64,000 nucleotides of DNA from contig JASFYY010000018.1 in NCBI GenBank assembly GCA_045046875.1, positions 1 through 64,000 of the forward strand, in the 5' to 3' direction. Positions within the stretch are counted from its first letter, which is position 1. Every line of letters starts with the position of its first letter. Of this stretch, positions 30,814 through 40,809 are shown in pieces. The stretch comes from Verrucomicrobiota bacterium. GTDB lineage: Bacteria > Verrucomicrobiota > Verrucomicrobiia > Verrucomicrobiales > DEV007. Under the pieces are notes generated by a model. It did no database searches. It was not told where the DNA came from and worked only from the letters and a program-made list of their open reading frames with translations. Made by a program: the position numbers and the translations under genes.

Positions 30814-32793
30814 CTACACGAGTTCTGCCATCGTTTTGAGCAGGGCCTGGCTGACTTCTTCGACGCTGGCTTCGGTCATGCAGCGGAAGTCGAGTGGGCA
30901 TTCGCGGAGGAAACAGGGGCTGCAGTCGACGTGGCGGCGGATGATGCGGTGGCCGTGGCCGAGTGGGCTGGTGAGAGCCGGTTCGGTGGAGCCGAAGATG
31001 GATACGGTAGGGATGCCGAGAAAAGCGGCGAGGTGCATGGTGCCGGTATCGTTGGTGAGCAGTAGGTCGCATTGCTTGAGCTCGTCGATCATCTCGCTGA
31101 TGGTGGTTTTGCCAACCAGGTTGCGACATCCAGGAGGGGAGTAAAGTTGCTCGAAATGTTCACCAATTCCTTTTTCTGCTGGGGAGCCGATTACGATGCA
31201 GCTGCTTTGGTGTTTTTTATAAGCCTGTTCGGCGGTTTGGGCAAAACGTTCGATGGGCCAGCGTTTGGCATTGCCGTATTCGGCGCCTGGGCAGATGCCG
31301 AGCTTGAGTGGTGGATTATCGGGGCAGGAGGCTTTTTTTGCTAGTGGTGGGAAATCAAATAGGCTGGAGTCGTCAGTATGGGCACCCATTTGACGGATCA
31401 CTTCGAGATAGGTGTGGGCGTGATGAGGAGGCGGAGTGGTGATTTTTTTAGGGGCTTTGGGGATCTGGTGGAGTAGCCAGCTACGGAAGTGGCCACGATT
31501 GCCGACGATGCGTGGGATGCCGACGAGGAAGTATTCGATCGCAGAGCGGGCGGAGTTGGGGAATAACAAGGCGGCTTCAAAATACAGCGATTGCCGGCGG
31601 ACGGTGCGTGCAACTTGTAAGGGATTGGCGGAGCGAGGGGTGGTCAGCACATGATCGACTTCGCTGACTTGCTGCCAGAAAGGCAGTAGGTTTTCGCGGC
31701 AGTGAATGGTGAGCTCCATATCGGGGCGGCCTTTTTTCAAAGCGCGGATGGCGGGTACTGCCATGCAGGCGTCGCCGAGCGGGTTGGGTGAGCGAACGAT
31801 GACGCGGTAGGGTTTGAGTTTGCTAGGATCACCGGCCCAGATGCCACGTCGGTAGTCGGATAGCAGGAAGCGGGGGTTGGGGGTTTTCCAGCGGTCGTGA
31901 ACCCAGAACCATTCTGCGGGCGAGTTACGGATGAAGTTTTCCAGCGCCAGATTGAGTTGGGCGGTGATGTCGTTGATTTTCTGGTGAGGCTTGGTGGCGG
32001 TGGATGGGGCGGTCACCGGGGGGGAGTAGGTGACGGTCCAATGTCCGGGACGATCAGCGCGCACGCCGACGGGGATGATGGCGGCGCCGGTGCGCTGGGC
32101 GAGTAGAGCGGGCAGATTGGTGGTCGAAGCGAGGCGCCCGAATAGTGGGCACCAGACTCCGCGATCTCCTGCGTGTTGATCGATCAGGATGCCGACTCCG
32201 CCGCCTTCGCGCAGGTGTTTGAGTGGGCCGTAAAATCCACTGGAGCGGTCGAAGAGTGTGAGTCCGGATTTGCGTCGTCGTCGCACGACAAGTTCATTTA
32301 AGTAGGGGTTGGACAGGCGTTGATAAAGGGTGGAACGGGGGATGTCGGGGCCGAGAGAGGGGATTTGGGAGAGGATTTCCCAGTTGCTGAGGTGAGCGAT
32401 GGTGGTGATCACGCCTTTGCCGTCTTGGGCGGCTTTTAGGATATGTTCGCGGCCTTCGTAAGAGACACATTGCTCGACGGCGGTGGTGGGCATCAGGGCG
32501 ATTTTGATACTGCAGAAAAAACTTCGTCCCAGCGCGCGAAAATGCTGGCGGGTTAGTTGGCGAATTTGGCTGGTGTTTTTTTCACCGTCAAAAGCGATGC
32601 TGAGGTTACGCCATGCCAGACGTCGGTAGGAGCCGCCGAAAAAATAAGCGATTGAGCCGACCAGGCTGCCGATGCGCCAACACCATGCCAGTGGCAGGAG
32701 GCCAATGAAGACTTCGAGGCAGCGGTAGGTGGCGTAAGTTGCCAATTGTCCGCAGTTGACAAGAAGTCCGGGTGATCGTTGGGCGTTTCCCAT
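30814..32793 (-). CDS. Fused lipid A late acyltransferase (LpxL/HtrB-like) and GT9 heptosyltransferase (WaaF-like)
   Basis: N-terminal HLSNWE, LIDQ, FFGR-like LFGR, WFWVHDRWK; C-terminal SPNPLGDACM, CPGAEYGNAKRWP, NDTGTMHLA. Confidence 0.9.
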   Translation of the reverse strand: MGNAQRSPGLLVNCGQLATYATYRCLEVFIGLLPLAWCWRIGSLVGSIAYFFGGSYRRLAWRNLSIAFDGEKNTSQIRQLTRQHFRALGRSFFCSIKIALMPTTAVEQCVSYEGREHILKAAQDGKGVITTIAHLSNWEILSQIPSLGPDIPRSTLYQRLSNPYLNELVVRRRRKSGLTLFDRSSGFYGPLKHLREGGGVGILIDQHAGDRGVWCPLFGRLASTTNLPALLAQRTGAAIIPVGVRADRPGHWTVTYSPPVTAPSTATKPHQKINDITAQLNLALENFIRNSPAEWFWVHDRWKTPNPRFLLSDYRRGIWAGDPSKLKPYRVIVRSPNPLGDACMAVPAIRALKKGRPDMELTIHCRENLLPFWQQVSEVDHVLTTPRSANPLQVARTVRRQSLYFEAALLFPNSARSAIEYFLVGIPRIVGNRGHFRSWLLHQIPKAPKKITTPPPHHAHTYLEVIRQMGAHTDDSSLFDFPPLAKKASCPDNPPLKLGICPGAEYGNAKRWPIERFAQTAEQAYKKHQSSCIVIGSPAEKGIGEHFEQLYSPPGCRNLVGKTTISEMIDELKQCDLLLTNDTGTMHLAAFLGIPTVSIFGSTEPALTSPLGHGHRIIRRHVDCSPCFLRECPLDFRCMTEASVEEVSQALLKTMAELV

Positions 32794-32882
32794 GGAGTAT
32801 GGAGAAAAACGCTTAATATAATCGCATCAAAGGGGTCGATGCAAGTCGTCTGGCTCTTAACCGAACCAGACAAGAGCCGGCG

Positions 32883-33407
32883 TTATTTGGCCTTGTCGCT
32901 GGCAGCGGGTTTGCTGTCCGCTTTTTTGTCGTCTGCTTTTGCGTCTTTTGCAGGAGCAGGCTTGGAAGCGTCACTTTTAGCGGCTGCTTTTTTTGGAGAA
33001 TCTTTTTTAGCTGCGGGAGCCGTTTTTTTATCGCTGGCTTTTTTGCTGTCGGTAGCCGGGGTGTTTGTAGCGGCAGCCGCTGGAGTAGCTTCTGGAGCTG
33101 GAAAACCAGGAATAGGCTCTGCTTTTTGAACATTTTCGAGAATATTGCCAACGTCGCGTTGGTTTTTGTAGTGGCGAGTATTGAGCACTGTTAGTAAAAT
33201 GGCGACTCCAAAAAATGCAACGGTGAGCCAGACGGTGCTTTTTTGCAGCACATCGGTGGTTTGCGCACCGAAAGTATCGTTCATCATGCCGCCACCAAAA
33301 GCAGCGCCAAGTCCTTCTTGTTTAGGACGTTGCATGAGAGTGACGAGGATGAGCAAAAGGCTCACCATCACCAGGAAAACGGTCAATAATGTGATGACTA
33401 TGGACAT
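32883..33407 (-). CDS. secG: Preprotein translocase SecG with Ala/Lys-rich tail
   Basis: LMQRPKQEGLGAAFGGG...FGAQTTDVLQK between two TMs; ATG at 33407. Confidence 0.92.
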   Translation of the reverse strand: MSIVITLLTVFLVMVSLLLILVTLMQRPKQEGLGAAFGGGMMNDTFGAQTTDVLQKSTVWLTVAFFGVAILLTVLNTRHYKNQRDVGNILENVQKAEPIPGFPAPEATPAAAATNTPATDSKKASDKKTAPAAKKDSPKKAAAKSDASKPAPAKDAKADDKKADSKPAASDKAK

Positions 33408-33523
33408 AGGGCGCGCAATATGGAGTAGGGAAGGCCTTTTGTAAAGAGCGAATCGACGGGTGGAAAACAGGCTTGTGTGAGGGGCTGAATGGCATGGAGT
33501 TGAGGAAAACCTGAGAGAAGATA

Positions 33524-34315
33524 TCACCAAGCGGTCCAACCGCCGTCGATCAGCATATTCTGTCCGGTCATGTAGGAGCTGGCCTGGGAGGCGAGGAAAA
33601 CGATGGCCCCTTTGAGCTCGTCGGGTTTCCCCATGCGGCCCATTGGACATTTTTCCTCCAGGCGGCTGACCAGTTCGGCGGACACGGCTTCGCCAGGGAA
33701 GGGGCCGGGGCTGAGGCAGTTGACCCGCACCTGGTCTTTGGCCCAGCAAACCGCAAGATGGCGGGTCATGTGGATGATGCCCCCTTTCAGCGCGTGGTAG
33801 CCGACTGGGCTGATGGCGCAGATGTCTTTGTAAGTATCGGGATAGGAGCCGACGACGCCATACATGGAGCCGATCATGATTACGGAGGCGGACTCGTTTC
33901 GTTCGACGCAGTGGTCGCGCAGCAGGCGGGCGAGCAGGAAGTAGCCGGTTTGATTGGCCAGTTGACGATTGAATTCTTCGGCGCTGACATCTTTCCAGTC
34001 CTTGCCGAGGGCTTCGTTGCCGTTGTTGATTAGAATATCGAGCCCGTTGGTTTTTTCAAGGGCTTCGGAGAATCCTCGATTGATGAAATCTTCGTCCATG
34101 TGGTCGAGGGCGATGCCGACATGCTCGGCACCGCTCACAGGGGGTAGGGCGGTGGCTATGGCTTCGGCGCGTCCGGCATCGCGGCTTGTGACGACGAGTC
34201 GGCAACCGGCTTCGGCGAGGGCGTCGGCCATGGCTGAACCGAGGTAGCCGCTGGCTCCGGTGATGAGTGCGGTTTTTCCGGTGAGATCAAAGAGGGTGGG
34301 TAGCGATACTGACAT
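33524..34315 (-). CDS. SDR family oxidoreductase
   Basis: TGASGYLG, YHALKGG, RVNCLSPG, TGQNMLIDGG. Confidence 0.92.
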   Translation of the reverse strand: MSVSLPTLFDLTGKTALITGASGYLGSAMADALAEAGCRLVVTSRDAGRAEAIATALPPVSGAEHVGIALDHMDEDFINRGFSEALEKTNGLDILINNGNEALGKDWKDVSAEEFNRQLANQTGYFLLARLLRDHCVERNESASVIMIGSMYGVVGSYPDTYKDICAISPVGYHALKGGIIHMTRHLAVCWAKDQVRVNCLSPGPFPGEAVSAELVSRLEEKCPMGRMGKPDELKGAIVFLASQASSYMTGQNMLIDGGWTAW

Positions 34316-34352
34316 GGTAGGCAAGGTTGGAGAGTGATGAATAGAGGGGGTG

Positions 34353-35357
34353 TTAGCCAATGGGGATCCAGGGAGGTTGCTGGGAGCTTTTTAGAATGGC
34401 GAGGCAGGCGAGTAGGGTGTGTTTGGCTTCAGCGAGGGTGCAGGCAGGTTTGTTTTTGCCCTCGATGGCATCGAGGAAGCTATTGGCTTGATGGGTGAAG
34501 AGGTCGTCACGGCCTATAGTGAAATTCTGATATTGCCATTCGCCCTCGGGTTCGGTCAGCCAGCCCCAGCGATTGCGTTGGTAGTCAAAACGTAAGGTGC
34601 CTTTTTCGCAGACGATGGTGATACTGGTTTCGTTAGGGGCTTGATGTTGGTTGGAGCTGAAAACTCCCATGATCTCGCTATTTTCGCCATGCCGGGTTAA
34701 AACGTTGGCGGAGTCTTCGACTTCGACCCCGTCGAGTTTGAGGTGGGCGGCATCGGCAAGGATCCGGGTGGTGGGGCCGACCAGCCACTCAACGGCATTT
34801 AATACGTGAGGCAGGCTGTCTTGGATCAAGCCGCCACCGGCGGCATGGTTGTTGTAATAAATTTCCCGGTAAGCGGGGCGGTAAGTGGGGAAGTGTTGGG
34901 CGGAGAGGGTGATGACTTCCAATGGTTTGCCGAAGGTGCCGCTGTCGATGGCTTTTTTCATTGCTTGGACAATGGGGTGGGCACGGTAGACAAAAGCGAC
35001 ACTGGTGATGAGTTTTTGTTGTTCGGTGTATTGGATCAAATCGTCGATGCCTTCCGTGCTGGTGGAGAGTGGCTTTTCGATCAAGAGGTGGCAACCGGCT
35101 TGGGCGCAAGTCTGGGCGAGCGGGATGTGCAGGTGGGCGGGAGCGGCGATCAGGGCAGCGTCAGGTTTTTGCTCCAGAGCAGTTTCCAGATTGTCGTAAC
35201 GTGTAGTGATGCCGTAGCGTTCGCCGACTTGGTTGCGGAGTTCATCATTAAGCTCGCAGATGGTGAGTTCAACACGTTCGGTAGCCTGAAAACAACGCAG
35301 GTGGCGTTCGCCGATCGAGCCGACACCTATGATGAGTAAGTGGATTTTTTCTTTCAT
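34353..35357 (-). CDS. Gfo/Idh/MocA family oxidoreductase
   Basis: IGVGSIG, IEKPLS, GGGLIQD..PH. Confidence 0.92.
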   Translation of the reverse strand: MKEKIHLLIIGVGSIGERHLRCFQATERVELTICELNDELRNQVGERYGITTRYDNLETALEQKPDAALIAAPAHLHIPLAQTCAQAGCHLLIEKPLSTSTEGIDDLIQYTEQQKLITSVAFVYRAHPIVQAMKKAIDSGTFGKPLEVITLSAQHFPTYRPAYREIYYNNHAAGGGLIQDSLPHVLNAVEWLVGPTTRILADAAHLKLDGVEVEDSANVLTRHGENSEIMGVFSSNQHQAPNETSITIVCEKGTLRFDYQRNRWGWLTEPEGEWQYQNFTIGRDDLFTHQANSFLDAIEGKNKPACTLAEAKHTLLACLAILKSSQQPPWIPIG

Positions 35358-35367
35358 GGGGTGTTTT

Positions 35368-36345
35368 TTATTGGTCTGGAAAATCGTCCTGGCTTTCTTC
35401 TTCATGTCTGAGCTTCAGGAGTTTCCATACGTGTTGGCGGAAAGCTTTGTCCCAAAGCTCACCATCGCCGGATTGATAGTCGTAGAATCCTTTGCCGCTG
35501 ACCGCACCACGGTCATTCTGGTCGATCATTTCCTGAATGAATTCTGGTGGCGAGTCGGAGTTGTCCAGAGTGGGCCAAATGGTTTTCATTGCTCGCCCAT
35601 AGAGGGCGGGCCCACCGGAAATATCCATCCAGCGGAAAGGGCCGGTCATTGACATAAATACGCCAAGGGTATTGCGCACGGCGTTATCGATACTGGCAAA
35701 GTCGCTGACGCCTTCGGCAACGAGGTTCGCTGCCTCTCGGTACATGGCGTAACCTATGCGATTGACCACAAACCCAGGTAAATCACGATTGATCAGGCAG
35801 GGTTCTTTTCCTAACATTAGTCCAAGTCGATGGGCGGCTCCGAAGGTGCTGTCGTTGGTTTGTTCTCCACGGATGATTTCCATGAAGGGCTGGGCGTAGG
35901 CGGGTTGGCAGAAGTGCATGCCCAGAAAGCGGTCGGGGTGCTTTAGTTGTTGTTGAAAGTCGGACAGGGGCAGTCCCGAGGTGTTGGTGCTGACGGGGGT
36001 GTCGGCATTGACAACCTCTTCGATTGAGCTGAAAACTGCAGCCTTGATTTTGGCATCTTCGGCGACGCTTTCAATGATAAAATCACAGTCCTGGAATTCA
36101 GCGCAGGAGTTTTCGACTTGTAGCCGGTCTTGCCAACCGTCGAAGTCATCTTGCTTGGCGCCGCCGTGTTCGATCAGTTCGCTTAAAGCCGTGGAGACCC
36201 GTTGAGGCAGTTGCTGTCGGGCATCGGAGTCGAGGTCGGCTGCCACTACTTTCAAGCCTCGGGATAAGATGAGCGCGACGATGTCGGCACCAAGCAGTCC
36301 CAGTCCGATCACGCCGATTTTTTGTAACTGTTCTTGTGCTTGCAT
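35368..36345 (-). CDS. 3-hydroxyacyl-CoA dehydrogenase family protein
   Basis: IGLGLLG, ESVAED, STNTSGL, GMHF, PGFVVNRI, GPFRWMD. Confidence 0.9.
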   Translation of the reverse strand: MQAQEQLQKIGVIGLGLLGADIVALILSRGLKVVAADLDSDARQQLPQRVSTALSELIEHGGAKQDDFDGWQDRLQVENSCAEFQDCDFIIESVAEDAKIKAAVFSSIEEVVNADTPVSTNTSGLPLSDFQQQLKHPDRFLGMHFCQPAYAQPFMEIIRGEQTNDSTFGAAHRLGLMLGKEPCLINRDLPGFVVNRIGYAMYREAANLVAEGVSDFASIDNAVRNTLGVFMSMTGPFRWMDISGGPALYGRAMKTIWPTLDNSDSPPEFIQEMIDQNDRGAVSGKGFYDYQSGDGELWDKAFRQHVWKLLKLRHEEESQDDFPDQ

Positions 36346-36355
36346 GGTTTAAAGT

Positions 36356-37210
36356 TCAGTTTTTCAGCCCTAGCAGACTCAAGCTGTCGCGGTAGATCAT
36401 TTTTTCGATTTCATCGTCGTTCAGGCGTGCGGCGGCGGTGGGGGCGAAGTTTTGATTCAGTCGATGCAGGCCGGCGATGGTTTCATTGATGGTGGTGAAA
36501 GGGTAGTCGGTGCCGAACAGCACTTTGTCCCAGATGCCGTATTCCTGCACCAGCATCAGAGAGTGATACAGTTGGTGGGGGCGGTAGTGTAGGGCGCTGA
36601 TGTCGGTGAAAACGTTGCGGTGTTTGCGCGCAACGACGATGGCTTCGCCTTCGTAGGGGTGACCGAGGTGCGCCATGATGATTTTAACTTCGGGAAAGCG
36701 GGTTGCGACCGGGTCGAGATGGCGGGGCAGGGTGCATTCGAGCGGGGCTTGTGAAATGAAGGTGGTGCCGGTGTGTAGTAATACGGGCAGTTGGTGGTCG
36801 CTGGCATACTGCCAAAGCTCGTCGAGTTTGGTGTCGTCGGGTTTGAAGCCCGCGTACATCGGCAGCAATTTAATTCCTTTGAGGTCGAGTTTTTGATGGC
36901 CGTTGCGCATTTCATCCTGCCAGCCGTTGATGGTCGGGTCGATGGATAGGAATCCGGTTATGTCACTGGGGGACTGTTTGACATAGTCGGCTACATGCTG
37001 ATCATCGACCCACAGTCCACTGAGTTTGGCTTTGCCGCCGAAGACGATGGTGTGGACTGCCTCATCTGCGGGTATGGTTTTCCGATATTCGTCGTAGCGG
37101 ACGGTCAAGTCGACTTCAAGACCGGCGCGGGCTTGTTTGGCTTGCTCGATGAAGTCTGCGGAAAAGTGCTGTGGGTATTTCCAAGCGTGGCTGTGGACGT
37201 CGACGATCAT
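36356..37210 (-). CDS. Amidohydrolase family protein (amidohydro_2)
   Basis: DVHSH, LLHTG, MAHLGHP, LFGTDYP. Confidence 0.92.
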   Translation of the reverse strand: MIVDVHSHAWKYPQHFSADFIEQAKQARAGLEVDLTVRYDEYRKTIPADEAVHTIVFGGKAKLSGLWVDDQHVADYVKQSPSDITGFLSIDPTINGWQDEMRNGHQKLDLKGIKLLPMYAGFKPDDTKLDELWQYASDHQLPVLLHTGTTFISQAPLECTLPRHLDPVATRFPEVKIIMAHLGHPYEGEAIVVARKHRNVFTDISALHYRPHQLYHSLMLVQEYGIWDKVLFGTDYPFTTINETIAGLHRLNQNFAPTAAARLNDDEIEKMIYRDSLSLLGLKN

Positions 37211-37306
37211 GGTGGGGGGGGGGTGGGTGAAATCGTTATTCAGGGAAAGGCATCGACTGCTAACTTCGCCTTGTCTAGATGAATTTGCTCATTTTAAAAG
37301 AGGGTC

Positions 37307-38317
37307 TCACATTTTGAGAGGATGAGTTGCCAGAGCGGCCAGTTTTTTACTGTATTGGATCGGTGAGTGGTCACGGATGCATTCGGGTGGGTGGGGGCTG
37401 TTGAAGGTGCGGGTGAGATAGGTGAGGGGCTTGTCGGGAGCCCAGTCTTCGTTGGCCAGGGTCTCAGGCGCAGGATTGTGCTGAGCTTCTCCGTTTTCGT
37501 CGAGGTAGATGAAATGTCCCGTATGATGGAAATCGAAGGGTTGTAGTTGATCTACGGTTTGCGGTAGCAGGGTGACGATGTCGTGGTGGTTGCAGATGCG
37601 AAAATGAGGTGGGTGGTCGAGTTGATCTCGGAAGGCGGCGTTGCCAATGCGGGGGGATCCAAAGGTGTAGAGTTGGGCGGGGGCTTTACGTAGGGCTGCC
37701 ATGGTGGCGAGGGCGGCGCCGAGGCTGTGACCGGTGTAGATGAAGGGGCCGGGGATATCGGCGATGACGGGTTCGATCAGTGGCCAGATACGGTCGAATA
37801 GAATCTTGAAGCCACTGTGAACGTAGGGTTCTTCAGAATTGGGGGTTGCCGTTTTTTTTGGATGCCAGCGGGTGGGTGCGGGGCTGAGGTTCAGCACCCA
37901 TTGACGGAAACGGCTGGTGCCTCGAAAACAGAGGATGTGATAAATGTCGGCAGGCTGCCCAGCGGGGTGGCAGTGGTAAATGGCGGCGTGGGTGCCGGTT
38001 TTGTGGATGGAATGAATCTCTTTAAACGTGGTGTTTTCCAAGTAGTCAAAACGGATGATTTTTTTCCACGGCTTGCGCCCTTCTTTGTTGTCGGGGGTGT
38101 AAACCAGGCGGCAGAGTTCGGACAACCACCAGGCATTTGCCGGGGTGAATTTTACTGCGCTGGGATCGAAAGCGGGGAGGACTGTGTTTTCAGGTTGTTC
38201 GAAATAGGGGGGGTAGCCCTGGGGTTTCATTACGCTGTCCCAGCTGCCAAGAATCTGGCGCGCTTCGTCTTTCAGCGCTTGCTGTTTTGAAGGCGGATCG
38301 TTGGGTTGGTCGGCCAT
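37307..38317 (-). CDS. Lipase class 3 family protein
   Basis: FRGT, VHSGF, TGHSLGAALA, YTFGSPRIG, DIVTLLP, DHS. Confidence 0.92.
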   Translation of the reverse strand: MADQPNDPPSKQQALKDEARQILGSWDSVMKPQGYPPYFEQPENTVLPAFDPSAVKFTPANAWWLSELCRLVYTPDNKEGRKPWKKIIRFDYLENTTFKEIHSIHKTGTHAAIYHCHPAGQPADIYHILCFRGTSRFRQWVLNLSPAPTRWHPKKTATPNSEEPYVHSGFKILFDRIWPLIEPVIADIPGPFIYTGHSLGAALATMAALRKAPAQLYTFGSPRIGNAAFRDQLDHPPHFRICNHHDIVTLLPQTVDQLQPFDFHHTGHFIYLDENGEAQHNPAPETLANEDWAPDKPLTYLTRTFNSPHPPECIRDHSPIQYSKKLAALATHPLKM

Positions 38318-38326
38318 GAAGCAAAG

Positions 38327-39028
38327 TTACACGGAGATTTTGGAAACTGCAATGTTACCGCCAAAACAGATCGCGACATCGGAGCCGGGGCTTTGTGGGC
38401 GTTGACTGTAGTCGCCGGTATAGACGTAGCCGCCTTCGGTGGATTTGAAGCTATTGGGCAGGGGTTGGCGTTCGGGTGGGCAGTCGAAAACGATTTCAGG
38501 TTCGGCGGCATCGGGTGGTAGATGGGGGAGGTTGATGTTCCAAAAAACTCCATCGCCAGTTTTTTGATTGAGCAGGATTTTTAATACTCGTGCAGCACGG
38601 TGGCTGGCAGTTTCCCAATGCAGGGGGAGCTCGTTTTTAAGATAGTGGGAAATCGCGAACGCGTGCACGCCGTGGTAGGCGGCTTCGCGGGCAGCGGCGA
38701 CGGTTCCGGATATGTAAAGGTCGTGTCCCATGTTTCCTCCTGGATTGATGCCGGAAAGGATCAGGTCTGGCTTGCAGGGCAGCAGTTCCGTCAATCCAAG
38801 CCGAACACAATCGGCAGGAGTTCCGGAGACGGAATAGTGTTGCGTATCGATTTGTTCGACTTTGATCGGGCTGTAGGTGGTGATGCGGTGGCCATTTTGA
38901 GAGAGTTCGCGGTCAGGCGCGACGGTGAAAATCTTGCTGGCATTGATGCCCAGTGAGCGGCAGACATCATACAGGGCGGCAAGCCCGGGAGCGGTGATTC
39001 CGTCGTCGTTGGTGATAAGGATGGTCAT
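38327..39028 (-). CDS. surE: 5'/3'-nucleotidase SurE
   Basis: ILITNDDGI.APG, GTPADCV, SGINPGGN, YISGTVAAARE. Confidence 0.95.
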   Translation of the reverse strand: MTILITNDDGITAPGLAALYDVCRSLGINASKIFTVAPDRELSQNGHRITTYSPIKVEQIDTQHYSVSGTPADCVRLGLTELLPCKPDLILSGINPGGNMGHDLYISGTVAAAREAAYHGVHAFAISHYLKNELPLHWETASHRAARVLKILLNQKTGDGVFWNINLPHLPPDAAEPEIVFDCPPERQPLPNSFKSTEGGYVYTGDYSQRPQSPGSDVAICFGGNIAVSKISV

Positions 39029-39081
39029 GGGAGAGGCGCTAGGCTTTAGGTGGATTAGGCAGTAGGAAAGAGGCCGCAAAT

Positions 39082-39106
39082 GTGGAACGGGGTTGCCAAT
39101 CCGTGC
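39082..39106 (+). repeat. REP-like palindrome (variant)
   Basis: GTGG-AACGGGG-TTGCCA-ATCCGTG; similar architecture to other copies but a weaker stem. Confidence 0.4.
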
Positions 39107-39250
39107 AGCATAGAATTGCGGGAGATTTTAGCAATGATATTTCAGGAATCCGTTTGAGCCATTTGTGTGGGGAACAGCAGGCAGGGTGTTTTTTTACCAA
39201 TGCCGATCACTTGATAGACTTTTTTTTGAGGCGGGGTAAAGTTCTGGATA

Positions 39251-39883
39251 ATGAAGATATTTTATCAAGTAGGAGCTTTGTTTTTGTGCACGCTGTTGGT
39301 GCTGTCGTGTGGGGGAGAGAAGCAGGAGCCTGTGGTTGAAGCCGTAAAGCCGGGGCCTGCACCTGTGGTGGAGGATGTCAGGATTGTGATGAAAACCGAT
39401 AAGGGAGATATCCAAGCGACGATGTTTGCCAGCAAGGCTCCGATCACGGTGGCGAGTTTTCTCAATTTGGCGAAGCGGGGTTATTATGACGGCTTGAGCT
39501 TTCACCGGGTGGTGGAGGATTTTGTGATTCAGGGAGGGGATCCGGATGGCACGGGTAAAGGTGGGCCGGGATATTTCCTGCCAAATGAAATCGCGCCGGG
39601 TTTGAAACATGACAAGGTCGGGGTGTTTTCGATGGCGAGGAAGTCGAAACCGGATACAGCAGGCAGCCAGTTTTTTATCACCCTGGGGGTGACGGAGCAT
39701 TTGGATGGGGGGTATTCGATTTTTGGGGAGGTGAATGAAGGTCTGGAGGTGGTGGAGTCGATCGAGGTGGGGGATAAAATTGTGGGGATTAAAATTTTGG
39801 ATTCAACGGACAACTTGTTCAAAGCGCAAGAGCAGCGCTTGAAGCAGTGGAATCAAATTCTGGACCAGCGTGAAGCCAAGTGA
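39251..39883 (+). CDS. Cyclophilin-type peptidyl-prolyl isomerase, lipoprotein
   Basis: Lipobox VLSC; FHRVV.DFVIQGGDP, FSMAR, GSQFFIT, HLDGGYSIFG. Confidence 0.94.
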   Translation: MKIFYQVGALFLCTLLVLSCGGEKQEPVVEAVKPGPAPVVEDVRIVMKTDKGDIQATMFASKAPITVASFLNLAKRGYYDGLSFHRVVEDFVIQGGDPDGTGKGGPGYFLPNEIAPGLKHDKVGVFSMARKSKPDTAGSQFFITLGVTEHLDGGYSIFGEVNEGLEVVESIEVGDKIVGIKILDSTDNLFKAQEQRLKQWNQILDQREAK

Positions 39884-40809
39884 GTCAGCATAACAACAGC
39901 TTGGAGGAGGACGGCAGGATCGATTATTTTGATCGTTATGCCGGTGCGATCAAGACCGAGAAAATCTATGGAGAGGCCTATTTGCGTTGGGCTTACGAAA
40001 CCCTGCCGGGAAGGTTGATGCTGGCGGCGGTGGTTAAGCGGGCTTTGTTTTCGCGGTGGTATGGCTGGCGCATGGATAAGGGGGCAACTCGGGAATTGAT
40101 TGAGCCTTTTATTGATCAGTATGAACTGGATGCAGACGAGTTTGTTGAAAACTGCGAGGACTTTGAGAGTTTTAATGCTTTTTTCTCGCGTAAGCTCAAG
40201 GCGCAAGCTCGGCCGATTGTGGGTGGAGACGAGGTGGCAGTTTTTCCGGCGGATGGGCGGCATCTGGGTTTTCAGGATGTCAGTGAGGTGGATTCTATTT
40301 ACTGTAAGGGACAGCGCCTTTCGTTGGTAGATTTGTTAGGAGATGAGAGTTTGGCGAAGGATTATGAAAAGGGTTCGGTGGTGATTTCGCGTTTGTGTCC
40401 GGTGGATTATCACCGTTTTCATTTTGGAGTTGCAGGCGAGGTGGGGGATTGGCAATTGATCAATGGGCCGCTTTATTCGGTCAGTCCGATTGCTTTGCGG
40501 CGGAATATAAATATTCTTACTGAGAACAAACGGGTCATCACTCAGTTGCAAACGCAGAACTTTGGACGGGTGCTGATTTTGGAAATTGGGGCGACCAATG
40601 TGGGTAGTATTCACCAGACTTACCAGTCGGGTTCGAGGGTGACTAAGGGAGAAGAAAAAGGCTATTTTGCTTTTGGTGGATCGATGACGATGCAACTATT
40701 TGAGCCTGGGGTAGTGGAGTTGGCGGAGGATTTGGTTGAAAATACGCAACAGGGCAGGGAGTTGTATGCGCGCATGGGGGATCACTTTGGGGTGGCTAAA
40801 TCGGAGTGA
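39880..40809 (+). CDS. psd: Phosphatidylserine decarboxylase proenzyme
   Basis: SFNAFFSRKLK, PADGR, RLCPVDYHRFH, GATNVGSI, GYFAFGGS self-cleavage motif. Confidence 0.93.
   Translation: MSQHNNSLEEDGRIDYFDRYAGAIKTEKIYGEAYLRWAYETLPGRLMLAAVVKRALFSRWYGWRMDKGATRELIEPFIDQYELDADEFVENCEDFESFNAFFSRKLKAQARPIVGGDEVAVFPADGRHLGFQDVSEVDSIYCKGQRLSLVDLLGDESLAKDYEKGSVVISRLCPVDYHRFHFGVAGEVGDWQLINGPLYSVSPIALRRNINILTENKRVITQLQTQNFGRVLILEIGATNVGSIHQTYQSGSRVTKGEEKGYFAFGGSMTMQLFEPGVVELAEDLVENTQQGRELYARMGDHFGVAKSE

Noticed and set aside
33408..33749. Long N-terminal extension of SecG in the 288-aa ORF
   Set aside because: It overlaps the SDR gene in another frame; SecG similarity starts at ATG 33407
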